NCBI RefSeq assembly: GCF_000400465.1
Contig: NW_008806275.1
Location: 309,656 to 371,655, forward strand
Origin: Wallemia ichthyophaga EXF-994
Taxonomy: Eukaryota; Fungi; Basidiomycota
Direction: 5' to 3'
Length of the DNA: 62,000 nt
Shown here: positions 1 through 12,873 of the stretch, piece by piece
Layout of the letters: every line of letters starts with the position of its first letter
Position numbering within the stretch: position 1 is the stretch's first letter
Translations under genes and position numbers: made by a program
The notes under the pieces: generated by a model
Databases searched by the model: none
What the model was told of the DNA's origin: nothing
What the model saw: the letters and a program-made list of their open reading frames with translations, nothing else

Positions 1-663
1 GATTCAGACCAAAATATTCTCTATATATCGAGTCTTCCTGCTATAAAGACGAAACACGGGTTTCGTCGCGTGGCGCCCACAGCTCTAAAATCGGCTCCCG
101 AGAGAAAGTAAGATCATTTACATTCATCACACATCTATTGAAAACGATCAACGCAGAGAAAAAGGGGAATCAGCTCAACTCTGAAATCGGGGGTCTGGCT
201 CGAACAGGTGCATTTCAGTATTTGAAATAATGGGCATGGAAGGGTGAACAGGACTGCTTTGAATCGTTGAAATCAGGATAATAGGAATGTGTCCATATAT
301 ACCAAATACTTACCTGGACACATGTCACAACTGTATGGATGAGCACACATCGCTACGAAATTCTAGGTACGGCAAAATAACTACCGAACTCTCCAAAACC
401 GCATTCAGTTAATATTCATACTAAAATCGCTCTTGTTTGCAGTACTTAATAAACAAGTAAACGAGAAAGCTCAAGTTCTACGCGAGAAAAGTTTAAAGTC
501 TCCTTCAAATGAGCCCTTCTCACACTCTGGACACCGGCTAGAGTTGGCAGTATTTGTAGGTCTGCTGGGGCTATTGCGGCTACCTGTCGTGACAGCGGTA
601 CACTCAAATTGATAGTGTTTTAATAATTATACATGTCATCGGTTTGGAATCGTTAGGCATCGC

Positions 664-1527
664 TCAAGCATCCTTTGTGCTGTATTTGAGGAATTGTGGC
701 CTTTTGAGGGAGTTTAAAATGGAAATGGCGTTACAGAGGATGATTTTGTCTAGGTTCATGATGCGGTATGGGTGCTCGTCGGGTATCGCTTGTCTGCATT
801 CGGGACTGTCGCACAACCTGAGCCCGTCAATTATTCCATACGCATCAGGGTCATTGCAGTCAACCTTAAAAGTGCTTCGGTCTTGTCGTGTTGCCCAGCA
901 AGTTTTAAAAACGCTATGGCAGATGTTGCACCTCGTCGCGGTCTTGTAGCCGTTTATTTCGACGAGTTCGTAGCCAATTTTGCTAATTGCGCGCGGTACG
1001 TTTACGTCCTGAGTAGCGTGATTAATTTGGTTTTGATGTGACGATAAAAGAAAAACACCCACCTTGGCCCACGGAGGTTTGGTCTGGGGGGCAGAAGCGC
1101 TGTCATCATCCCCCACCCAAGCGAACACGAGTCGCTTGCCCTGCATCTTTGCCCTAGGGAGGTACTTGTTATAGCAGAGCCTGAGGGCATCAGCGAGCGC
1201 TTGGCGGGATATGTAGAGATACTTTTTGTCCATCCTTTTACAATCCCTGTTGTAGGCTTGTAGCGTGTAGTCACTGTCGTACGGACGTTTGGACAGGGCA
1301 TAGCTGACGTCCTCGCGCAACTGCTGCTGCTCATCTGCATACCTCTTATCGCCCGACCTGTGGGCATACTCTTTGTAAGTGTAGTGGAAGTAGTCGTAGC
1401 TTGCACGTGGATCGCCGTCTTGAGGGAGCGCATAAAGCAGATCGGCAATACCGCTTTTGAGGGCCACGAAATACCTTTTGCTGCGTTGGTATGGAGTGAG
1501 ATCGTAGAATTGGGTGATAGGGGTCAT
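664..1527 (-). CDS. Fanzor1/TnpB-like protein, RuvC + zinc finger only, predicted nuclease-dead; probable in-frame intron 1009-1062; possible 4-codon first exon from 1595
   Basis: Motif order matches the Fanzor1 C-terminus: FVALKSG (RuvC-I xxDPG site, D->K), YTYKEYAHRSG, RQAL, VFAWVGD, VEINGYKTATRCNIC (RuvC-II E-x-x-TS-x-x-CxxC, E->G), GLRLCDSPEC, MNLD...NAISI (RuvC-III, D kept), KRPQFL. Family assignment is by motif recognition; no search was run. Confidence 0.8.
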   Translation of the reverse strand: MTPITQFYDLTPYQRSKRYFVALKSGIADLLYALPQDGDPRASYDYFHYTYKEYAHRSGDKRYADEQQQLREDVSYALSKRPYDSDYTLQAYNRDCKRMDKKYLYISRQALADALRLCYNKYLPRAKMQGKRLVFAWVGDDDSASAPQTKPPWAKVGVFLLSSHQNQINHATQDVNVPRAISKIGYELVEINGYKTATRCNICHSVFKTCWATRQDRSTFKVDCNDPDAYGIIDGLRLCDSPECRQAIPDEHPYRIMNLDKIILCNAISILNSLKRPQFLKYSTKDA

Positions 1528-2250
1528 AAGAGTGCATTTCTAACGATATTAGGCCTTTTTATGCTATTTTCATTACAATGCACCCGGGCAAGCATTGAGC
1601 GTTCGCCGACCGACCAATGAGATTCGAGGAGGGGCTGGATAGGGGCGGTTGGAGTGGGGCAGGTGTGATAGTTGTGCAGTGTGTTGCGCTGATGCTAAGT
1701 TTATTTCCCGCTGTGTTTGCTTCAAACTGCTTTTCTTCGGCGCCCCGAGTGATTCACCCATCGGATACGATAGCGCATCGCACAAAGACAAACAAGGTCA
1801 CACAAAATGACAAGCATTGTGGAATTGTATAACCGCACAATAAGAAATATCGTATCGATTACGTACAGCGCTTACGAAGTTTAGATTCCGCAAACGATCT
1901 TGGCCTTTTTCGGACGAGACGCAGCAGCGAGCCAAGTAGCCAGGGGAGCAAGCCAGCAATGGTCAGCTCAGCAGCAGCATCTCAGCGCTGCGTGCCAAAT
2001 CCACCTTCCGGAAAGAGCAAAATAGTATCATCAGCTGACTCGGGTAGTTCCCGGGGCTACGTGTCGAGTATTTTTTGATGCGCGCATTCCGCTGTTGCTC
2101 CATAGCGTTGAGGTTTGTGAAGAGCGAGTACAGCGCAGCACCCACGCTAACGCATCCACAGCTAGTTTATGTTCTCGAGAGGACTCGTATCGATACACAA
2201 CGCACACGCCGGTGACCACACAGAAGTAGGATCAATAATAAAGCTCTAAA

Positions 2251-3901
2251 ATGGAATTCAACGATCAAGATATAAAGAATCTTCCAATTCATCCCACAGC
2301 CGCCAGACTCGATGGCGGGTTTAAAGTCGACTCACCTCATGTCAGGTACGATGACGCGGGAATACACACGACATACACCCAGACCACATCCTCCGTCCAG
2401 CAGACTCCCCACGGTGTCCGCGTTACTCCACAATCCAAGGCCTGGAAGTTTGACACTTGCACAAAGCCAAAGAAGACCGGGTGAGTGATTTTTGTTGGTG
2501 TCTGCTGGATATCTGTGGTGACAGGCGCTAACACGCACTAGACTCATGATGGTTGGTATTGGCGGCAACAACGGCACGAGTCTCGTTGCAACCATCCTCG
2601 CAAACCGTCATAACATTTCTTGGCACACTAAGACAGGCGTCCAGTCTCCGAACTACATCGGCTCACTTACTATGGCATCTACTGTTCGTGTGGGTACCGA
2701 TGACAAAGGCAAGGACGTCAACCTCCCTTGGGGTGAAATTCTTCCTCTCGTACACCCAAATGACATTGTTTTGGGCGGGTGGGACATTTCAAGTGCTCCA
2801 CTCGATCAAGCTATGCGCAGAGCAAGTGTTCTCGACTGGGACCTCCAAAGACAGGTTGCGCCTTACATGAAAGATTTCAAGCCGTTGCCCTCTATCTACT
2901 ACCCAGAGTACATAGCTACAAACCAGTCTTCGCGCGCAGACAACGTAATTAACAAGGATGCATTCCCCAACAAGAAGGACCACCTTGAGAAGATCAGAAC
3001 GGACATACGCCAATTCAAGGCTGAGAACGATTTGGACACAGTTATTGTCTGTTGGACAGCCAACACTGAACGCTTCTCTAGCATTGTCAAGGGCAAGAAC
3101 GACACTGCAGACAATCTCCTCAAGAGTGTTGATGAGAATTATGAAGAGATCAGTCCATCGACCATCTTCGCACTGGCATCTATTCTCGAGGATGCACCAT
3201 TCATCAACGGAGCACCACAAAACACACTCATCCCATCAGTTGTAGAGTTTGCTGAGCGCAAAGGGGCCTTCCTTGGCGGCGATGACTTGAAGACAGGCCA
3301 AACTAAAGTCAAGTCAGTCCTTGCTGAGTATCTCGTCAACGCTGGTCTCAAGCCGCTTTCGATAGCCTCATACAACCACCTTGGCAACAACGACGGGCAT
3401 AATCTATCTGAAGATCCGCAATTCAAATCCAAGGAGATCTCCAAGAGGAGTGTGGTTGATGATATGGTGGATGCTAACGGTCTGCTCTACCAGCAAGGCG
3501 AGCATCCGGATCACATAGTAGTGATCAAGTATCTCCCCGCCGTCGGCGATGACAAGCGTGCGGTTGATGAGTACAACAGCGAGATCATGATGGGTGGTCG
3601 CAACGTAATCTCACTATTCAATGTGTGCGAGGATAGTTTGTTGGCTACGCCGCTCTTGCTCGACCTTGCTATCTGGACTGAGCTCTTCACGCGCGTCAAG
3701 GTGACACCACCTGGTAAAGACCAAGGACAGCGCATGCATTCCGTTCTCAGCCTCCTGTCATACATGCTCAAGGCCCCGCTGACTAAACCGGGCCACGACG
3801 TCGTTAACGCGCTAGGAAGACAGAGAGGCAGCCTCGAAGCCTTCGTGTTGGCTCTGGTGGGACTCAACTCTTTCAATCTCAACTTGGATGCTGTTGTCTA
3901 A
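2251..3901 (+). CDS. INO1: myo-inositol-1-phosphate synthase (intron ~2481-2540)
   Basis: [58 protein letters not shown] and CEDSLLATP motifs. Confidence 0.97.
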
Positions 3902-4225
3902 CTGTACACGTTCCCATCTTGTAGCTAAAGCTGTTTCTGTTTCTAAAAAATTCAATTCACTTCGTGCGTCGATATCGAAAGGTGCGCGAGTGTGCATTAG
4001 AGCAAAGACAGGTGTCTCATATATACGACCGTATGTTAATGTGGTAGAAGCACATGCACGAGCATTATAAATGAATAAGACAGATTGTATAAATATATAT
4101 AAATACATGGGATACGGCTAGTGCTTGCGTGTTGCTTAGAGTAGAAGCAGGAGTGAAAAAGAGAGCCCGAATAAGAAATGAAATAACGTAACGAGTTGCT
4201 CGAGTAAGGCAGGAAATGGATGGAT

Positions 4226-4726
4226 TCAGAGAGCCTGTGAGTCTAGCAGCCGTGCTCGCGGTCGCAAAAACCCCAAGTGATCGGCACGCGACCAAGACCC
4301 AGCTGACCACCGCAAATGCTGGAGAAGAGGGCAGGAGACATATCTAAGCTACCCCAGAGGCATTCCGGGCACTACTCGGCGTGTCAGCGTGAGTGGAGGT
4401 GGGGAATGAGTATGAGTACATACCTTGTCAACGACTCTAGCCACTTGAGTCTCACCATTGGTGATATTCGTAACCCAGACTTGACGGTTACATTCGGCTG
4501 TGTCGCCCATCTGGGGCGCGTTGAGGGCAACAACCATCATGCCGTCATTAAGCCACTCCCCGCACGAACCTGGACGACCTGTCTCAGTGGTGTACCAGGT
4601 GCCATCACCGAGGAAATTTCCACGGGTTTCCAATTGAGAGACTTGGTTGTCTGCTGGCTTGGTTATGGCGGCAGAGGACGCGTACGTAGCGAGCAATGTG
4701 ATTGTTGCGAGGAATAGCTTGTACAT
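4226..4726 (-). CDS. secreted RlpA-like double-psi beta-barrel (expansin/loosenin-like) protein
   Basis: Signal peptide; GDGTWY, GSCG, VVALN; after a GTATGT..GCTGAC..AG intron, DKCPECLWGSLDMSPALF..GRVPITWGF. Confidence 0.88.
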
Positions 4727-5349
4727 GTTGTTGCCTTGTTGAGACTGTAGAAAGTAGTTGAGTAAGTTGAGATTGTATGTAAATTAACTTTTTAGTACAA
4801 ATTTGAATTATTCGCGTCTTGAAGATTATAATCTTTGAATATGAAATTTTTATTCCCTTCAATTATTCCCTTATTCGGCAGCTGGTTTTGCCTTTAAAGG
4901 ATATTGGAAGAATATAGAATGGCATGGACTTCAATAATATTTGAATGCATATTATATCATGTACTTTGCTTTGTTTGCTTTGTGAAGATTGGAATGTTAA
5001 AGGCAATAAAGCTGTCATAACCATACCGAGCTAAAACATGCATAACACACGCACAACGCACGCACAACATTCCAATATTTTATTTTGGAATGTCCGCTGT
5101 CATACGCATATCTCACAATGACATATGCTCAGCCACAATGGGTTCCCTTGGACTCAATCAACGATGGGAGATACGCAATTGAAGCTGAAAATTAATTTGA
5201 TTGGCCAGCAGTCAGTTGTGAGGAAATGCCTATTCAATTCAATACCCGAATATGATTATCTCAAGAGAGTTGTAAGTCTATTCACGGCATGTTGTTGAGA
5301 TCTGATAACGGCGATTAAGATTCGGAATCTATTCGAAATCGACAGCAAT

Positions 5350-7544
5350 GTGGATATCGACATTTTCGACGTTAAATTGTCTGTTGTCGATAAAATTGGT
5401 TACCCCACTTTCAAAACGATCGACGAGTCTATCTGGAACTTAATCAAGAATGACCTCGTAAACCAGAAATCTGAAATGAAATGCAATCTCATTATACAAT
5501 ACTTGCACTACGCTACGATACCACAGCAGCAGGTGCAGCAGCAGCCACAACCACAACAACCACAACAACCACAGCCACCACCTGCTCAGCCTCAACAACA
5601 ACCACCACAACCACAACAGCCTCTCGACAGGAGAAACTCAAAGAAGCTCAAGAAGAATCAAAAAAACAGAGAAAGCAATCGTTTCTCCTTCCTAAATGTC
5701 TTAACTGCTGCAAAGGAGGCTCCGAGATCGGCATCAATTGATAATCTCAAGCAATACGACATCAATCACAATCCAGTTGAGCAAATTAGACAGTCTGAGA
5801 GTCTTATTCCGCCTTCTCAGCAGTTCCTCAGACCTCCTTCACCCTCACTTCCTCCGCAACCTCAACAAATCCCTTCACATCAATCTTTACCTCAATTAAA
5901 CTCTCAGTATTCAAACTCTTACCTCGGGCCTGATGTCAGCCAGCAACCGCTGACTCCTGCACCCCCTCTGCCCTCAAAATCTCCCTCCGCTCCCTGGTAC
6001 ACAAACCTTGACGCTCGTTTGGAAACAAAAAATGAACTCAAGTCTCTTATGGAGGGCTTTCTATCAAAACTCACCGGTACTATGAATTCTTTCGATCAAG
6101 ACGCTCACTTGGATGGTCTTGCCACCTTGGCAAAGTCTCAGACAGCTTTGGCTGTTCATGAAGCAGTTTGCGATGGCTGTGCTAATCGTATTCAAGGCGT
6201 AAGAATCAAGTGCACTACTTGCAGGGACTACGATTTGTGCGTTGGCTGTTTCTCCGTTGGCACACACGAACATGACACCTTCCATCGCATACGCGATCCT
6301 TCACAACCACTACCTGCTGTCCCAAAGGCAACTGATACAACAAAAACTCCTGTCCTCTCTTCAATACCAAGCCTGCACTCTTCAAACACAAAGCAAAACG
6401 TTCAGCACTCTGCTAGTTGTGACATGTGCAAGTCTAACATAGTAGGTACTCGTCATAAATGCACTATATGTCCTGATTACGTGAGTGCTCGTTAATCATG
6501 CGCATCATTCTCACACTCCCTCCCCAGGACGTCTGCGATAACTGCTTTGACCGTACACGCCTAGAGCATCCACTACACGAGTTTGCAGATCTCACAGATC
6601 CAAAGCTGATCAGAGTACCTGAGGAGTTGCAGACAGTACACCCAGGCGTTGTCTGCGATGGTTGTCAGAATGATGTTGTTGGATACAGGTTCAAGTGCAG
6701 CCACGCCGAATGTTTCGATCTCGATCTATGCGGTAACTGTGAATCCCATCCAATTGCGAAACACGACAAATCGCATATCATGCTGAAAATAAGACACCCA
6801 GTTATGCAACCTGAGGCTTTGAATCAAGCTTTTGCCGGTGGTATTAATCAAGAGTCGCTACCTTACGTCGATCAGCCACATCACACCAATGTCGAAAGGC
6901 AGAAGTCTGCAACAAATTTGACGACGATCAGTGAACGCTCCTTTGAAACTTCGAAACTTGATATGCACGGAACGCCTGAGTTTAATGTGCCTCCTTTGCA
7001 TGAAGCAATCAATCAAAATGACGTTACAAGCTACATAAAAGCTAATCACGACAATCCAAAGTCGAGGATAATCGAGAACTTTAACGGCGGTGAAGAGAAA
7101 GAGAAAGATTCAATTCTCAAGATGGCAGGTGGTACTCAGTTTAGTCATATCTTTGAATTCAATGGGTCGTCCAAGATATCAGCATCAAATCTATCGAGGC
7201 TGACACCACAAGCAATATTTGGAAACAGCCTAACGATATCCCAACCAAACCATCATCTTATAAGGGTTGATGGCTTCCGCGCACCTGAAGAAAGAGGAAT
7301 TCACTCAGAGACATGGTCATACATTGATAACATGATTGAAAAGACATTCAAGCTGGTGTTGTTTGTGGAAGATCTCATCAACGCGTCTGGAGATACATTG
7401 CCAAGCTCAGCGTTGATGATACCAGCAAAAGCCCAATCTTCGCAAGGAGCAAGTGAATTTAAGGATTATGAAACAGAATTTGGCACAGAATCTGCTAATG
7501 CTGCAGATGACTATGATTTTGAACTGGCTAAGAGGAATGCTTGA
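5350..7544 (+). CDS. NBR1-like selective autophagy receptor: Q/P-rich N-terminus, four ZZ zinc fingers, FW/Ig-like domain (start uncertain)
   Basis: Repeated CDxC..G.R.KC..C.DYDLC..C units in two joined ORFs; C-terminal GTQFSHIFEFNGS...RAPEERGIHSETW resembles the NBR1 FW domain. Confidence 0.75.
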
Positions 7545-7824
7545 TTTTTATCTTTTGGATCTTCATCTCGACAATACCGCGACTCTCATTCACATCTTAG
7601 AATAGTTTAGGTATTTTAATAGTGACAACCACCCTCGTTTTTTTTTGTTTCTTTTTAATTTTCTCTTTCAATCTTTGTCGAATCCACGCAATAATACATA
7701 TATTTATCAATTACGCTATCTCGATCACCTGTGTGGTATCTCTCCCGCCAATCGCTTCTTGGACAGCGACGATCATCCACGCGTCCACTTGAAGCATCTT
7801 ACAGGCTTAATTTTGTTATCAACC

Positions 7825-10109
<2,285 letters not shown>

Positions 10110-10263
10110 AGAGTATTAGATATGAATATTGTTGTTGACGTAAGCATTGAGTTGATAGCGTGGTGAAGGTGTGTTTGTGTGCGTGGTAGTGATGGATTCT
10201 ACAGAGTAAAACTTTGTTTTGCACCGATAAGCCGACTCGAACATATTTTCAAGTGCTGACATC

Positions 10264-11345
10264 ATGAGCGATTTCCAAGTGCAAGTAGATCCAAAAAACA
10301 AAGTACGTCGATCATCTAACCTACGCAAACCTAATAGAAATTCAGATACTCAACGAGGATGGAGAGCCAGTCGTCGAAATACGAGAAGATGTCGCAGAGC
10401 CCAAGAAGAAGATAAAGACAGGGGTGACAGAGCCACTGGATTACGATAGAGACGATGAGAAAGTCAGCAGGCAGCGTATAGAGCGGCTGAAGGGAGTTTT
10501 GGGTGATGATTTTCAGGTGAATTCAGAACCGGAGAAGACGAGTAGAAAGAGCGTACGCTTCAATGAGTCTGTAGAATTAAATGAGGGGGATTCTGAAGCA
10601 CGCGAGAAGCCATCCAACAAGACAAGCGCATATAAAGGCGCTGTTGGTGATAATGTGATTGAGAGAGAAGCCCAGCCACAGCCACAGCCACAGCCATCTA
10701 GGCGGAGTAAAGAGCCAGACGAAGAAACCTCAACGAGTGACGAAGACTTGGATTTCTACGAGGATGACGATGACGCGCTTGATATCGAAGCAGATCTCAT
10801 CCATCAGCAGCTAGCGGTGGCTTATCACAGTAAGCGAAATAGTATGATGGATTATAGTAGCGATGCTTGGAACCAGGAAGTGGGTTTGTGTGGATAGCGG
10901 CTATCACTCAGCTCACACCTCCCAGGTTGTCCCCGATAACGCCAATTTGGTTGGAAATGCACCGCCAAAATCAAGATTTGAGCCATATTCAAGGCGATCT
11001 TACAGCGATAAGATGATAAATGAGCAAGGCGATGAGGAGCAGGTGTCGATAATGATACCAAGGCTCATTCCAGGCATGAAGATGGGCAAGTATCAGCATG
11101 ATCAAGGTGTGATTACAGCAGACGAGCCAGATGACTGGGATGAGCATACAGAGGAGGCTAAGCAGATGCTTGAGCAGTTGAGAATGGGCAATAGAGAAGA
11201 ATTGCCGCAGATCGTCAAGCCTGAGTCGAGGGAGCGTGCGCAGGTGGAGAATAGACCACCGGTAGTTGAAACCACAGCAGAGAAGTCAGAGAATTCACAG
11301 CCAAAGATATCACGCTTCAAAGCAGCTAGAATGCAGAAAATGTAA
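10264..11345 (+). CDS. Bud27/URI-like protein, apparently lacking the prefoldin domain
   Basis: Spliced N-terminus DGEPVVEIRED, acidic low-complexity middle, C-terminal KISRFKAAR motif typical of URI/Bud27 (DUF3835-type). Confidence 0.65.
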
Positions 11346-11623
11346 AATGAAATGTAATTTCATATCTAAACGCGATACATTCCCCTTCCCCTTGTCCACC
11401 AGCAGCCATCAGTTGCCTCACTAAAGTCACAAACTCCGAATATAAATATTAATGTCTGGTGGGTGATATTTTACGCGTGATAAACCCTAGCCAACCAGTA
11501 CTAGCTGTTTATTCAGGTAATTGGCCGCTATCAAGTACGCGTCCATCTAACGCGTAGCAGTCTACACGAATCGTACGCACCAGGCAGCTCCAAAGCATTT
11601 ACCAACGATATCAATAACCCCAC

Positions 11624-12800
11624 ATGGCCATCCTCACCGCGTTTTATACAACTTTGTTCACACTCAGCTTGTTAGTTGACGCGGGGTAATTGTTTGGAAA
11701 TCACTAACGCGCCAGCAGAACGCCGAGAACTATCTCTTGACCCCTTCAAAAAATGGCGATCTTTGCGTGGCTAAATTGAGCCTCGGAAGCGACAACAGAA
11801 GCGTCAGCTGCGAGGCCAGTAGAAACCTCAAATGGTTCATTTCAAACGCAGGTGTTATGAACCCTGTATACAAAGTCAGCCTTCCAAACCCCAGTTTAGA
11901 CGGCGATGACTTACCCTTGTTCCAAATAAGCAAGCCTAGTATGTCTACTTGTCGTCATTAGCCTCAGCTAATTGAGTTCCAGATCCCAATGCAAACTTTT
12001 GGTCTCTTTTCTATTTTGTCTTTGGTGGCTATCAAATACCTCCGAAAAGAATCGAGGTGAGTCTCTTTTCCTGCGGCAGACATCATTTTAAGTTTTAGTT
12101 TGGCAAAATTACGAAATCCACCAACAAAGATAAGCAAAATGAGTTCAAGATTGCAATCACAGGTAAGACATCCGAGGAGAAAGCTGTGTGGCAGACACTC
12201 GGTGAAGGAAACGAGGATGCCGTTGAATGGGTTATTCTCTGCACCATTCTCAATCTATTAGACGATGAGATCAAGAAGTCTCCTTCCGAGATTCCAATTA
12301 TGCAACCGCAATCCAAGACAAGTTCGCTTAACAGGAAGCCATCGCAGGCACCTTCGGCTGCGTCTACAACATCTGCAACGTCTGCTGCTTCGGCCACTTC
12401 TTACATGGGAGCACCAGGTCATTATCAGCAACCAGGAGCACCTTCAGTTATGACGCCTCCAAGACCAGTCGTATCTCCACGACCAATGGTATCTGCAAGG
12501 CCAGTAGCTCCCAGGCCAGTAGCTCCAGTTGTAGCAGCCGCGCCTCCACAAAACTCACGCATGGTATCACAAAGGACGCCACAGCTTGCACCAATTGGAT
12601 TTGCACCAGGAGGAATGCCTATGCCGATTCCAATGCAAATGCCGGTATCAAATCATTCAAAACATTCACAGCATTCACAGCATTCACACCATCCACACCA
12701 TCAGAACCCCCCGCATCCACACCCCCAGCAACCCCATAGGATGCCACAACAAGCAATGCCACCGAGAATGCCTTCTAGGGAACTCTACAAATCGAGATAA
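11624..12800 (+). CDS. hypothetical multi-exon protein with Pro/Gln/His-rich tail (5' end uncertain)
   Basis: GT-AG introns (GTATGT..CCAG, GTGAGT..TTAG) join the ORFs into LFQISKPNPNANFWSLFYF...AVEWVILCTILNLLDDEI. Confidence 0.6.
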
Positions 12801-12873
12801 ATGAACAAGTGTATATATTTGTATTTTAGTCGTCCTATTTATTGTTATCTCCAACACTCGTCTTTTATGCAGA

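Noticed and set aside
306-317. ATACTTACCTGG, identical to the U1 snRNA 5' end
   Set aside because: No downstream loop I, AUUGCAC loop II or Sm site; better explained as a perfect minus-strand splice donor
659-671. 13-nt match ATCGCTCAAGCAT between the Fanzor-like stop region and 21162-21174
   Set aside because: Dozens of 13-mer matches are expected by chance in 62 kb
1573-1791. 72-aa minus ORF as the missing Fanzor N-terminus
   Set aside because: No GT-AG pair joins it in frame to the main ORF; no WED/REC-like sequence and far too short
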